Shown here in pieces: positions 1 through 16,214 of a stretch of DNA of 64,000 nucleotides. Source of the DNA: Eledone cirrhosa. Taxonomy: Eukaryota. The DNA is taken from positions 219,480,001 to 219,544,000 of the forward strand of contig OZ024741.1 of assembly GCA_964016885.1 (NCBI GenBank). The letters run 5' to 3'. The notes under the pieces are model-generated. The model saw nothing but the letters and a program-made list of their open reading frames with translations, did not search any database and was not told where the DNA came from. The translations under genes and the position numbers were made by a program. Position 1 is the first letter of the stretch. Every line of letters starts with the position of its first letter.

Positions 1-1270
<1,270 letters not shown>

Positions 1271-1483
1271 CTGAGACATGGCTGACCCAGGGTTAAATAT
1301 CAACAATAACCCTATCACCAACATAAGTATTACTATGTGGTTGCTCTAACTGCTAGAATTTGTAACCAAATCTCTCTGAAAGCAAACCTTACTGTTGTTA
1401 ATACTTAATGTCCTGTACCATATCAAACCACATTAGCAATCAATGTGATATGGCTTTCTGATAAAATAATTGTTTCTACTATC

Positions 1484-1640
1484 GGCACATGGCTTAGTGG
1501 TTAGAGCATTGGCCTTGCAATCGAAAGGTTGTGAGTTCAATTCTCAGACCGGGTGATGTGTTGTTTCCTTGAGCAAGACACTTTATTTCACATTGCTCCA
1601 CTTTACTCAGCTCTAGAAATGAGATGATAGGGACTGGTGT
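1484..1640 (+). mobile_element. tRNA-derived SINE, family 2 (CORE-like central motif)
   Basis: A-box TGGCTTAGTGG, B-box GAGTTCAATTC, then CCTTGAGCAAGACACTT; paralog at 58409-58575. Confidence 0.75.
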
Positions 1641-1817
1641 CCCTAACATTCCACTGCAAAGTGGTCGTGGAGGTGTCACGGCAAAAAAGCACCCAGCACT
1701 CACTGTAAATGAGGTTGGTGTTAGGAAGGGCATCCAGCTGTAGAAATCAAGCCAGAATCAGTTCCCGTCCCACCCTTGCAAGCAGGGAAAAAGCGGACGT
1801 AAAAATGAAATGAAATG
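1641..1817 (+). mobile_element. RTE-LINE 3' UTR fragment
   Basis: GGTTGGTGTTAGGAAGGGCATCCAGC...CGGACGTAAAA tail shared with RTE copies at about 10900 and 56170. Confidence 0.6.
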
Positions 1818-1819
1818 AT

Positions 1820-2020
1820 CGAGACAAGGTTAGCACTTTTGGAGGAAGGGGGAATGGCATTTAAATCGATGACAGTGTATGACTGGTACTTTATTTTATC
1901 GACCCTGTAACGATGAAAGGCAAAGCTAACCTTGGCAGGATTTGAAATCACGTAAAGGGCCGTAACTTTATGCCATGAAGCATGTTGTCCAACGCTCTAC
2001 CAATTCTGCTAATCCATCGA
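1820..2020 (-). mobile_element. tRNA-derived SINE, family 1 (Nin/Deu-like central domain)
   Basis: Reverse complement of the GCCTTTCATC...GGGTCGATAAAATAAAGTACCAG core. Confidence 0.75.
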
Positions 2021-2699
2021 CCTTACTTTCTGTTAAAATAGTGCTCTGTATTCTAATTAACCAATGAAGAATTTGGACTGATTTACTAAAATTATTTTGA
2101 TTATTAAGATGATATAAGATGATATTTGACACTTAACACTTTGTCATGGCAAATCTCTCCTCAGAATTACATAAAGGGTACACATGTCTGTGGAATGTTC
2201 AACCACTTACATGTTAATTCCATGAGTAGGTGGTTCTGTTGATCAAACGACTCTCATAGAAGACTCATTGTCGAATCAGATGGAATTGTCGAATCAGATG
2301 GAATCAGATGCATTTAAACTGGCCATATCCGGCCAGAATTCTCTCCCCTCTTTCTGTTCAAACCGGCTGTAACTGGCCACTCATTGCGAAAAGACAATAG
2401 TATATATAGAGTAATGTAAATGCTAAAGGGTTAAGAGAGAAGCTGTTTAACCTGTTGTAAAGAAAGATTGTACCCACCAGTAGATGACTAGATTTCTCCC
2501 TACATATTCCTGTAATTGCATGGCTCAGGGGTTACAGCATCAGGCTTACAATCTTAAGCTTACAATCAATTCCCTGACTGGGCTATGTGTTCCGACATCA
2601 CTGGTGCCAAGCTGTATCAACTATTGCCTTTCCCTTAGACAACATATATACAGTGAATATCTTGTGTATATATAATCTACTAATATATAATTGTTTCTT

Positions 2700-2860
2700 C
2701 TTTTGGCACAAGGCCAGCAATTATCCCAGTGCATTATTGGTACTTTATTCTATCGACCTCGTAAGGATGAAAGGCAAAGTTAACCTCGGCGGGATTTGAA
2801 CTGAGATCATAAAGGGGCATAACTCTGTGCTGCAAAGCATGGTGTCCGACCCTCTACCAA
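2700..2860 (-). mobile_element. SINE family 1 copy
   Basis: Same core and GTTCAAATCCCGCCGAGG B-box on the minus strand. Confidence 0.75.
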
Positions 2861-3487
2861 TACTACCCTTGTGTTTTTGTACATCACGCAAAAGGAGTAA
2901 CTCATCTATGTTTCAGTAACCTGTGTTACTCATATAAATTTATACATATGCTCAAATACACACACACACACATGCACACACACACACACATACTCACACG
3001 CATATATATGTGTGCATGTAATAATTATTTTCTCTGAGTCTGTTTATGTGTATGTTTGTGTAGATGTGTGTGTATGTAATAATTATTTTTAACTAGCATT
3101 TTTAGATATATAGCATTCTTAGTGTATATATAGTGTGTATATAGTGTATATATGAGTTGTGATGTCAGTAATGTCAACCTATATTGGCCTTTACCTTGGA
3201 CAACATCATATACATTGTATATCCAGTGTATATATAATGTCCATATAAGTTGTGACGTCATTGGTGTCAAGCTGTATCAGCCTCTTTGCCTTTCCTTGGA
3301 CAACATCAGTGACATGGAGAGGAGAGACTGGTATGTATGGATGACTGTTGGTCTTCCCCAAACAACCTTGCCTGGACTTGTGCCTCAGTGGTGAACTTTC
3401 TAGGTGCAAATCTCATGGCCATTGGTGACAGAAGGAAGACTTTATCCTTTATCTAACATAGTCCTACACACCTTCTACATAAACCAC

Positions 3488-5160
<1,673 letters not shown>

Positions 5161-5174
5161 TATATATATATATA

Positions 5175-5625
5175 TATGATATTAAATAAATGGAAACTAT
5201 ATTTATAAAACCATATTTATTTCGTTATATATATTTCAGGGATATCATATTAACAATATGTTATGCCATCTTCAGACAAAATACAATATAAACAGTCTTA
5301 TAAATAAATAGATACGACATACCTTTCAATCACCTTGCATTTGGGAGGTTGATTTCAAATCAACCTCCCAAATGCAAGGTGATTGAAAGGTATGTCGTAT
5401 CTATTTATTTATAAGACTGTTTATATTGTATTTTGTCTGAAGATGGCATAACATATTGTTAATATGATATCCCTGAAATATATATAACGAAATAAATATG
5501 GTTTTATAAATATAGTTTCCATTTATTTAATATCATAAATATACTCCAAATACTTGTTGAGTGCTTTTATATCAGTTATAAATATTTACTCGTTGTTAAC
5601 CCAACAATTTAAATATAACTTTCCA
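5175..5625 (+). mobile_element. Fold-back Penelope-like pseudo-LTR: about 180-bp inverted repeat centred on 5356, plus tail
   Basis: Arms 5175-5355 and 5357-5537 look perfectly complementary; hammerhead motif in each arm; (TA)n flanks. Confidence 0.8.
5429..5494 (+). ncRNA. Minimal type I hammerhead motif
   Basis: TATTTTGT-CTGAAGA-stem II-GAAA-TATATA-TA-ACGAAATA; stem I pairs over 8 bp with one G-U. Confidence 0.7.
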
Positions 5626-5646
5626 TATATATATATATATATATAT

Positions 5647-6177
<531 letters not shown>

Positions 6178-7074
6178 TCAAAATAGGGAGCACACGGGAC
6201 AAAGACAATGGGGAAAAAACAACGCAAAGATGGACAGTCTCATCTCCTCAGTCAATATCTGGAAATCACTATGGTTTCAGTGAATTAAGGTTGATACCAT
6301 TTGTTCCCATACACATTGGGACATAACAAACAGATTGAGAATAGTTATAGCTTCGGGCAAATTACACAAATAAAGAGTGTACAAGGGTTTAGTCAAAGGA
6401 GAAAAATATAGATATGAGAGAAATAGTAAAACAGAAGAGTAACTGTAGTCCCAAAGAAGGACACTGAGATGTAGAAAAGGTAAGAAGGGAGAATAGGGGA
6501 AAACAGGTTGGGTGGTGTAATGTATAGCATCATCATCAGCATCATCACCGTATAGCATCCATTTTCATGCTTGCATGGGTTAGATGTGTCGTCCCTATCG
6601 GGCGACAAGTCTGAACAGAGTTGACAACACCATACCCTGCTCTGATGAGGATTGTAAATTTGGCCAGGGATTTTACAGTTGGATGCCTTCCTAACACCAA
6701 CCATATTTACAGTGTGGAACTGGGTGGCACCGTTATGAGGAGAGACAGGCCAGTTGGCTGAGACTAACCCATCTTAGTGGAACCATAGTTCTGGAGCCTG
6801 GTACTAGAAGGCACTGATATGAGGAGGGCCAGACCAGTTAGCCTGTGTTGCGTGTTAGGTAATCCTGAAGGAAACGCAAAGGAAAAGAGAGTGCTCTATG
6901 TATAGAACAGAGCTATTTAATTAGAAAGTGAACTGCACAATATATAACTACTCGATTACCAAAGGTTTCTGTATCCCAGACAATATTAATATATGTCTGG
7001 ATCGGTCATCAGACAGAGTCGTTATATTTTGTGTTGTTCACTTTCTAACTAAATATATATATATATATATATAT

Positions 7075-7985
7075 CATCATCATCATCACCGTTTTATGTC
7101 CGTTCTTCCACGCTAGCATGGGTTAGACGGGTTGTCTTCTTGTGTGCAGTGTCTGGTCGGCTGACCATCCCTTGCTCATACAGGAACTGATCTGGCTTGA
7201 TTTCTACAGCTGGATGCCCTTCCTAACACCAACCTCATTTACAGTGAGTGCTGGGTGCTTTTTCGTGGCGCCTACACGTCCACTTCACAGTGTGGGCTGG
7301 GTGCTTTTTTGCCATGGCACCTCCACAACCACCTTGCGGTGGGGGGTGTGGGGGCATATTGTTTATATGCTTCAGCATGTACCCATGGGAGGTCGGGTAC
7401 TCTGTATTACTGCGTGACGCCAGAAGTCACGGTCGTGTGTCATTGTCTTTGAGAGGTGTAATTGGGTAAGGTCGGCTTTTATCACCTCATCCCAGGTCAT
7501 CTTGGGTCTCCCCACTCCGCGGTTTCCATCAACTTCTAGTGCTCTGCACCTTTTTATGCAGCTGTCATCCTTCATACGCATCACATGTCCATACCAGCGC
7601 AACCGCCTCTCCTGCACACAGCATTTGATTCCTCTTATGCTCAGTCTCTCTCTCAATTCATTTATGCTTTGTCGTTCACGTATATTACTGTTACACATCC
7701 ATCGGAGCATGCAGGCTTCGTTTCTCTCTAATCTACGTAAGTCTTCCACCTTCAGCGCCCAGGTCTCACTACCATGCAACATCGCTGTTCGGATACACGC
7801 ATCATACAGTCTGCCTTTCATTCTGAGGGAGAAGCCTTTTGCAGCTAGCAGTGGTAGTAGTTCCCTAAACTTCTTCCATCCCGTTCTTACCCTAGTTATT
7901 GTACTTTCTGAACACCCACCTCCGTTGCTAATTCGGTCACCTAGGTAGCAGAAGCTGTCTACTGTTTCTACAGGGCCCTCCCAGA
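7075..7985 (-). mobile_element. RTE-clade LINE, 5'-truncated
   Basis: ORF 7372-7821 KGRLYDACIRTAMLHGSETW...RRLRWYGHVMRM...GRPK.TW; (TGA)n tail. Confidence 0.9.
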
Positions 7986-8357
7986 GATTGGTGGTACTAT
8001 ATATATATATATATATATATATAAATCAGAAAGGATGCAGTAAAAACCTGTTAGAGCATTACTCACCAGAGTACTCGATACTTGGGTAGTAGAGTGGGTA
8101 ATACAAAGAATTTGGGACCTTGACGGCTGAGTGCCTGCCATTTCAACAACAAGATCTGAGTTCAGATCTAGCTCAGCTATAGGGGTCCTGAATCCTTCAT
8201 ATATATATATGTATATATATTGATTGATTTCTTGAATATTCTCTCTGTTGGTTTCATTGTGTGTGTCGTATTGTGTCTGATAAGTCATGCTAGTGTGGAA
8301 AAAATGGACATTAAATGGTGATGATGATGATGACGTGTCTGTTTGTTTGTTTTGCAG

Positions 8358-8416
8358 TTATTAAACCATTCAACCTTACCAAACCAACACTGAGGAAAGT
8401 TCCAATACCAGAACCT
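8358..8416 (+). CDS. CFAP99: CFAP99-like gene, internal exon A (xIKPFNLTKPTLRKVPIPEP)
   Basis: tttgcag acceptor, GTGAGT donor; resembles the recalled CFAP99 motif FNLTxPxxRxxPxPEP; in phase with exon B. Confidence 0.75.
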
Positions 8417-8479
8417 GTGAGTTCCATGTTGCTATATTTAGATTGATAGATATACTGTATGTCAGAGTGGGGTGGAGGG

Positions 8480-8870
8480 AAGGGTGTGTGTGTGTGAATG
8501 AGCGATGTGTGTGCGTGTAGGGGGCAGTGTGTTTTGGAGTAGTATGTGTGTATATGTGTGTATGTATCTCTGTGTGTGTGTGTGTAAGTCTGTATGCCTG
8601 TTGTGTGTGTGTGTGTGTGTCTGTATGCCTGTGTTGTGTGTGTGTGTGTGTGTCTGTATGCCTGTTTTTGTGTGTGTGTGTGTGTATGTGTGTCTGTGTA
8701 AATCTATGTTTGTGTTGAACATAGTGGGATTGTGTATGCCTATGTGTATGTATGTGTATGCGTGTGTATATGAATGTGTGTGTGTGTTTGTGTGTAAATC
8801 TATGTTTGTGTTGAACATAGTGGGATTGTGTATGCCTATGTGTATGTGTGTGTATATGTTTTTGTGTGTG
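8480..8870. repeat. (TG)n-rich tract with internal duplication
   Basis: Directly visible; AAATCTATGTTTGTGTTGAACATAGTGGGATTG occurs twice. Confidence 0.9.
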
Positions 8871-9083
8871 AAAGTGAAAGAGAAAACAAATGTGAGAAAA
8901 CAGCACATTATTTTATTATACTTCTAAAGTGGGAGACACTATGTTGTCATTCCGTCTGCTAGAAATAGCAGCCAAATCTCCATTAAATCATATATACCCC
9001 ACACAACACATCACACACTCAAACTAAGATATAAATGGGTGGAACCTGACCAAACTACCAAACTGTCTTTCTTTGATAGGAGC

Positions 9084-9480
9084 TTCTTCTTCTTCTTCTT
9101 CTTCTTCTTCTTCTTCTTCTTCTTCTTCTTCTTCTTCTCCTTCTCCTTCTCCTCCTCCTACTCCTCCTCTTCCTCCTTCTTCTTCTTCAGTCATCTTGCT
9201 CAGGGTCTACTCATGGGTCTCCTGCCAGTTGGTTTTACCCATAAAATCTGTCCAGTGATTCTTGCCTGAGACATTCTAACCCCATGTCTGTAATATCAGA
9301 GCTGTGATCTCTCAATTTGGAAAAGTAGCAGCTCTACCTGGAGTGACTCTCTGATCTCCGGGTTATACACTATATTAAGTAATTTCGGCCGCTTGTATTC
9401 GCGACCATATTCTTTCAGTCATTACCCAAGACACATGTCCATAGTATTGGAGCTGGGCTAATTTCTTTCTACCATTTCCC
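9084..9480 (-). mobile_element. (TTC)n tract followed by a degenerate RTE fragment
   Basis: Minus strand reads RMSQARITGQILWVKPTGRRPMSRP*, like the RTE C-terminus. Confidence 0.5.
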
Positions 9481-9534
9481 AGTTATATTACTAGTGATTT
9501 TTTGTTTTGTTCTATTTCTATTTATATTTTACAG

Positions 9535-9642
9535 ATACCAAAGCTGGAAAAAACGAAGCCTGTACCCAAAAGCTTATATGAGGAACCAAGTGAATTCCAA
9601 ACCCTTTATAATATAAAGATGAACAACAAAAAAATTGCAGAG
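9535..9642 (+). CDS. CFAP99: CFAP99-like exon B (IPKLEKTKPVPKSLYEEPSEFQTLYNIKMNNKKIAE)
   Basis: ttttacag acceptor, GT donor; 108 nt, phase 0/0, open frame. Confidence 0.8.
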
Positions 9643-9839
9643 GTTGGTGGAATTTTGTTTGATTGCTGTGGTTACTGACCAACCAACCCATTGTCCAGCC
9701 AGTAACCTGACCTATTAACCCAATGTCCAGAAACCTGACCAACCAACCCATTGTCCAGCTATGTATATATCCTCCATTCCTCTGTTAACAAAATATTGAC
9801 TTTGCTTACATTATTATTAACTACCCAGAAGAGCTTATA

Positions 9840-11070
9840 TCATATAAGATAATGTTAACTTGTCTAAGACTAAAGTTCTAGAAAGGAAAATAAGGCACAG
9901 GTGCCCTCTGGGAAATGGCCATGCTCAGTGTGTAGGGAAGGAGTAGGTATAAATTCCATTCTATACCCCAAATGCAAACTATGGGATCACAGCAAGCTAT
10001 CTAAGAACATAGATTATATATGTAGCCGATGCTCAGGTGCAATAAGTAGCAACTGCCCACAGGATACTAGCTCCTACTGCCCAGATGGTTCTATAGAAAT
10101 AATGGACACTTTCCGTTACCTGGCTGATAAAATCAGCAGTGGTGGAGGGTGCTGTGAAAATACAGTAGCCAGAGTTAGAACGGGATGGAAAAAGTTCAGA
10201 GAGCTTATACCACTATTGGCCGCTAAAGGGTTCTCTCTAAAAATGAAAGGCAGATTGTATGATGCCTGTATACGAACAGCTATGTTACATGGCAGTGAGA
10301 CATGGGCATTGTGTGCAGAGGACCTGTGCAGAATGGAAAGGAATGAAGCATGCATGATTTGTTGGATGAGTAATATACGTGAACGGCAAAGCATAAATGA
10401 ACTAAGTGAGAAATTAGGAATAAGAGGGATCAGATGCTGTTTACTTGAGAGAAGATTACATTGGTATCGTCATGTGATGCGCATGAAAGACGACAGCTGC
10501 ATAAAAAAGTGCAGGATGATCAAAATTGATGAGAGTTACGAAATAGGTAGACCCAGAAAAACGTGGAATAACATGATAAAATCCAACCTGGCACACTTAC
10601 ACCTCTCTACGACAATGTCACTGGATCGAGATCTTTGTCACCACGCAGTAATACAGAAGACCCGCCTCTCTACGTGCAAAGTTAACCTACAGTCAGTAGG
10701 CCCCTCCTAACCAAATATACACCCTAACCCACTACCCTTCCACTCCCACCAACACCACCATTTCTCTGTAGAGTTATGTTGGTACCACAACATCCAGCCC
10801 AAACAAAAGAGGTTGTGTAGGTGTCACGACAAAAAAACACACAGTCCACGCTGTAAAGTGGTCGTGTAGGTAACACGGTAAAAAGCTCCCAGTCCACACT
10901 GTAAATGTGGTTGGTGTTAGGAAGGGCATCCAGCCATAGTAAACCTGCCAGAGAGTCCTATACGAGCGAGACACGGTCACCCAATCAATCTTGCCTCAAG
11001 TGGGACAATTCCGGTCTAACTCATGCAAGCGTGGAAGATAGACGTTAAACAATGATGATGATGATGATGA
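9840..11070 (+). mobile_element. RTE-clade LINE 3' fragment with a PHD-like Cys cluster
   Basis: ORF 9901-10710 WPCSVC...ICSRC...LHGSETW...GRPRKTW; (TGA)n tail. Confidence 0.9.
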
Positions 11071-11496
11071 TACATACATATATACATATATATACAGAGG
11101 TTGACTGGCCAGGTTGCCAGATTTCTCAATGGCAAATGGGCTCAGGGTCCCACGGTTGCATTGCAAGAGCCCAGAGTAGCATTGTAGGTGTAGTATTTTA
11201 GGGGCTAAAGCTTTGCTTTCAAAAAATTCCTGAAATCTAAAAGAAAGAATAAAATGAAAAAAAAAAAATAAAACAATTAAGCAAAGCATTTGGTCAACCA
11301 ATTCCCCAGGGAAATACTAGAAACCAAAATATAGGATAGTGCAAATAGCTGGAATCAGTGGTTGTACATTCTACTAAATCTAAAGCTTAGTGTCTTCATT
11401 CATGCATGCAAACATACATACATATATAGATACAGACACACAAGCAAATATATATATATAGATAGATAGATGCACGCACACACACACACTCATATA

Positions 11497-12388
11497 CAGG
11501 GTGCGGACGATATTTGTTTGCAGGATTACTGTCTAGGAAAAAATAACACAGTAGTTTTATTTTTGAAGATATATTTATCAAACTTGGGTCAGTTTGTCTT
11601 CATGACTTGTTCTTTCGATCTCACTTCATAAACCTGCCATTGGCTTTGATGACGGCCTCAAGGCAGCCTCGGAACCGGCTACAGGCCTTCGTCACTGTCC
11701 CCCGACTTAGGCCCCTAAAGGCACTTGTGATCCTGGCCTTCAGATTGTCTTTCGTATTACAGCTAGATCTGTTGGTGTCTCGTTCCACTGCGCCCCACAC
11801 AAAGAAGTCGAGGGGGTTGCAGTCAGGCGAGCTGGGAGGCTAGATGTCAGGTGAAGTGTGGTTGACGAAGTTCTCTGACAGCCAGGCTTGGGTCTTTTGG
11901 CTGGTATGGCAGGGCGTTGAGTCTTGCTGGCACACGTACGGCCTAGCTGCAGCTACCTGGTTGATCCAGGGCTTTACTACCTCGCTCAGAACGCGGATGT
12001 AGCCATCGGTGTTCAGCTTGTGGCCCTCAGGGAAGAAGTGAGATGGCATGATGTCACCTTGACTGCTGACGACACTTAAGACCAATGTTGTCGCTGGAAA
12101 CTTTGTCTGCATGACTCTGGGCATGTCTTTGAATGAGACAGCGAGCCACCTGTTGTTCTGGGAGTTTCTGAAATTTCCTTATTTGTCCTCCCAGCGTGGA
12201 TTCCAAGAAGAACCCTGTGTCTCTTCCACAAAGTTGGAGATTCAAAATTATTCATAATCAATTATTCAGAAAATAAATAATGGAAATACAGTCACTGTTT
12301 TTATGAAGACAAGAGTGACAACGGAAGTTAAAAAAATTTGCATAAAATTAGCAGTTGAAAATTGCGAACAAATATCGTCCACACCCTG
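11497..12388 (-). mobile_element. Tc1/mariner-superfamily DD37D (maT-like) element, internally deleted
   Basis: TIRs CAGGGTGCGGACGATATTTGTT / AACAAATATCGTCCACACCCTG, TA target duplication; QQDSTPCHT...SPDCNPLDFFVWG. Confidence 0.85.
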
Positions 12389-12459
12389 TATATATATGTA
12401 TAAATATACATATATATATATGCAAGCAGGGAAAAGCGGACGTAAAATGATGATGATTA

Positions 12460-12507
<48 letters not shown>

Positions 12508-13041
12508 AGTGAGTGTGAAGACCAAAGGTCATTATTGAAAGTCTCTGGATTTCGCAAAATACATATTTTTTATTGGAGAAGGTAAGATATTTTTCCGCAA
12601 AAATTTGATTGCAGTTTTATTTCCACTTATGTATTTTTTGAAAATGTAATTTATTCATTATAAAAATTAAATGATAGCATTCTATATGTAGGTGGGCCCC
12701 CAATATTGGCAAACAATATTGGCAACCAATGTGGCAACCAATATTTTTAGACTTAGTCCGTCACAATATATATATATATACATATATATAATGCCAATCA
12801 TTGTAAGTTTGTATCTAACTGACATACAAAAACATATATATAGGAATTAGGTAAGCTCAAATCATAGTAGATTCAATTATCACTGAAAGAGAGAGAGGGG
12901 GGGGGGGAAATGAGGTGGAACATAAGTGAAACATGGATTACAGGTTAAAATATAGTCTAGATAGATGAGAAACAAAACGAGGATGTAGTTTATGGAACAC
13001 TCAAATGATTTAGAAGTCGACCTTAAGTAGGAACAATAACA

Positions 13042-13269
13042 TTAACCCTTTAGCATTCACATTACTCTATATATACTATTATATTTTCATGGTAAAGGCT
13101 TTAGCTCGCATAATTATCTCACATAATATCGAATCTATGAGATTTTGAAAGTATTTATTTTGAGAACACTACCTTAACATCAGTTTGAGCAACCAGTTAC
13201 AGCCAGTTTCAACAGAAAAAGGGAGAGAATTATGGCCAGTTTTGGCCAGTTTGAATATTAAAGGGTTAA
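13042..13269. mobile_element. piggyBac-like MITE
   Basis: TTAA-CCCTTTAGCATT ... AATATTAAAGGG-TTAA; paralogs at about 2313-2434 and 53378-53606. Confidence 0.7.
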
Positions 13270-13642
13270 GAAAAACATGAATGACACCACAACACTTTGT
13301 TTTGAAAATTTTGCAAGTAGGTATATAAGTATGAATTTTCCTAAGATTTTTGTAGTTGTTGCTGTGGCCTAGTGGTAGGTACAGGAGACGGTGGAGATCC
13401 TGGCCTAAGGTTCAATCCTGGTCAAGAGGCACATGTAACCTTTTTCAGTTTTTATTTTACTGAAAAGGTTTACTGGGAACCCTACTCCCGACCAAGATCG
13501 AACTTCAGACCAGGATCCCCACCATCTATGATTCCTCCAACTAGGCCACTGAGACAGCTACTAAAGTATAATGAAAATTGATAATTATAAACATACTTTC
13601 AAAATCAAAGTTAAAAAGTTGTGGTATCATTCATGGCTTTCC
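13270..13642. repeat. Palindromic element with two inverted tRNA-like (A/B box) halves
   Basis: 13361-13425 is homologous to the reverse complement of about 13489-13558; outer arms CATGAATGACACCACAAC / GTTGTGGTATCATTCATG. Confidence 0.6.
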
Positions 13643-13814
13643 TAGAACTATTAGTAATATTTAGGGTCGACTTCTGGTCATTATTGAAAGTCTCTGGATT
13701 TCACAAAATACATAATATATTTTGTTGGAGAAGGTAAGATATTTTTCCGGAACAATTTGATTGCACTGTTTTGTTTCCACTTATGTATTTTTCGAAAATG
13801 TTATTTATTCATTA

Positions 13815-14365
13815 CTAGCAGTGGTACCCAGTGTTGCACGGGATAAGGTATTGTGAAATATATAACCGCTTTAGCTCAGCTTAGTATTGCCGCAACTACG
13901 GCTGGCAAAGAAGTAAGGGTCTGGTGGTACATAAGTAAGCAACCCTGTGGCTTAAAATGTGAAGAAGAAGTTATGTGCACTTACCAACTGTTTGGGGAAT
14001 GAGTGTGAGATTTGTCTTGAGCAAGGGTGGCAGAATAACCGGAGGCAGCAGACAGCCAGACATACAGACAGATATTATAAGGGCACGTTTTGGATGCATA
14101 GCGAATTGTAGGAAGTGACGTAATGCAGACAGCCAGACATACAGACAGATATTATAAGGGTGCGACGTTATATGTATGTATCTATCTAAAAAGAGAAAGA
14201 CTAAGAATTATAGAGAGATATCGCTAAATCGCCTAATGTGGTCCCTAGGGCATTGAAAATTTGACATGTGTAAAGTTTGAAAACAGTTGGTTGGGGGCTT
14301 CTCTAGTTTTAGGGATTCAAACTCACACACACACACACAGAAATCCTCAGTTTTATATATATAGA
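13815..14365 (-). mobile_element. Non-autonomous Helitron
   Basis: Minus strand A|TCTATATATATAAAACTGAGG ... CCCGTGCAACACTGGG hairpin ... CTAG|T; no target duplication; empty site at about 12660. Confidence 0.8.
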
Positions 14366-14575
14366 TACAAATTAAATGATAGCATTCTATATGTAGGTGG
14401 ACCTCCTTCATCTGGCAACCAATATTTTTAGACCCAGTTCGCCACTGTATACATATATATATATACATATATACATACATATATACATATATATATGCAC
14501 ACATATATACATACATATATGCATACATTTATATGCATACATTTATATACATATATACATACATACATACACATA

Positions 14576-14627
<52 letters not shown>

Positions 14628-14822
14628 AGTGGAAGCTTAGTAAAATCAAAGCTTTGGCTGTGGCCAAGCAAAGTCAACCTAGAATAAGGAATGAGTAGCA
14701 AAGCACTCAATAAGGGTAGGTCCTCAGAGTAATAACATACGTTTAAATAGCTTGACAAATTGAAAATTGCAGTAGGCAAAACCCAACCATACAATACCAA
14801 AGTAATGAAATATATATATATA

Positions 14823-15072
14823 TGGTGGCTGCCAACTCGTTTTCGAGTATGGCCACTACTTTATATCCATGTAGGAGAACCCCTACCGATGCGCTGAACG
14901 AGTGTGACTTTTTAGTCCAGCCAGCGACTTGAAAACTCTGGTACAAACACTACACCTGTGACAATTATTGACACAGTGCTGGGCCCATGGTACCATGTGA
15001 CGACAAGTGCAGAGAGATCTCCAGATATAAAGCAATGCCTGTGCCGTGAAGCTTTTATAGTGAGCAAAGGCA
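14823..15072 (-). mobile_element. LINE (RTE-like) 3' end with terminal C2H2 finger
   Basis: CSVCTRVFKSLAGLKSHTRSAHR* followed by a short 3' UTR, within (TA)n. Confidence 0.6.
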
Positions 15073-15314
15073 CTATATATATATATATATATATATACAT
15101 ACATATATACATACATGCATATACATATATATACATATATACATACATGCATATGCATACATATACTTATATACATTCATATATACAAATATACATATAG
15201 AATATATACACACATACACACACACACACACATACACACACACTCACATACACACACATTCACACGCTCACACACATACATACACACATTCAGAGTTCTA
15301 GAAATTTCTTTTAG

Positions 15315-15467
15315 GAACGGCTGGAGGAACTGGCTCATCTTGATCTAAATTGTGCTGACCCAAACATGAAAGAGAAAACTTACTTGAAATTGAAAGATAT
15401 TGAAAATGAGAGAAATAAAGAGTTACAATTCAACAAAAAGAAGTGTATTCCGATGCCGAAAATAGAA
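15315..15467 (+). CDS. CFAP99: CFAP99-like exon C (ERLEELAHLDLNCADPNMKEK...ELQFNKKKCIPMPKIE)
   Basis: ttttag acceptor, GTAAGC donor; 153 nt, phase 0/0, open frame. Confidence 0.8.
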
Positions 15468-15545
15468 GTAAGCCTCACAGTTTTTTATGCTATACTCTCC
15501 TGCTAGAAATAGTAGTCAAATATCCCTCACACCTCACTCTACTGC

Positions 15546-15830
15546 AGGGATCTCAAACACACGGCTACTCGCATGCAGCCTCTGCTTACAGCTCCCAGCA
15601 TGTGGTATGCAGCTGTCAGCACACGGCAAGGAACCCCTGGCATGCGGCACCCGGCATGTGGTACACAGTCCCTGGCACGCAGCACACATCCCCTAGCCCA
15701 TGACTCACAGTTATGACAATGAGCACGCGGCATGTGGCATGTGGAACACAGTTCTCGGTATGCGGCACAGAACCCCCTGCACATGGCCCCTGGCACATGA
15801 GTCCCTGGAATACGGCTCACAGTAGCCCAT
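15546..15830 (+). mobile_element. Possible hAT-type non-autonomous element end
   Basis: Starts CAGGGATCTCAAACACACGGC with iterated GCATGTGGCAC motifs; second TIR not found. Confidence 0.35.
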
Positions 15831-16214
15831 AGCAGAATAAAGGAAAAGTTGAAACGAAAACTTTGTCTCCCCACATTTTATATATCCCACTTACTATCAT
15901 ATGTGTATGGGGCTGACCTCCACCAGTTATTACATTAATCTACACTATAACTGACGGGCTAATTTCAATTTTTTTTATTCATTAAAATTTATTTCATTAG
16001 AGGGGGGTGGCTGTTGCAGCGGGTGTTGCAGACCATTGTCCACAGTACCGCTGTGACCTAGGCCCAGAGCCCAATCACCCTCCCCCTCCTTCTGTGACAC
16101 TAGAGACCTTGCCTTTCGCTTCCTTTTCCGTTTTTTAAAATATTTTCTTATTTTACATTCCACTCATTTATCAAAAGTAATCCACATATGATAGTATGTG
16201 GGATATAGGATAAT

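Noticed and set aside
6180-6530. Possible further Penelope-like 3' end with CCGAAG...GAAA on the minus strand
   Set aside because: Core and stem I too degenerate, and no inverted arm
6641-6650. Isolated CTGATGAG (also 63791, and CTGAAGA at about 34055)
   Set aside because: No matching stem I and GAAA-UH arrangement found, so not called hammerheads
8376-8927. HT-rich and CV-rich ORFs
   Set aside because: (TG)n repeats; only 8358-8416 is a supported exon
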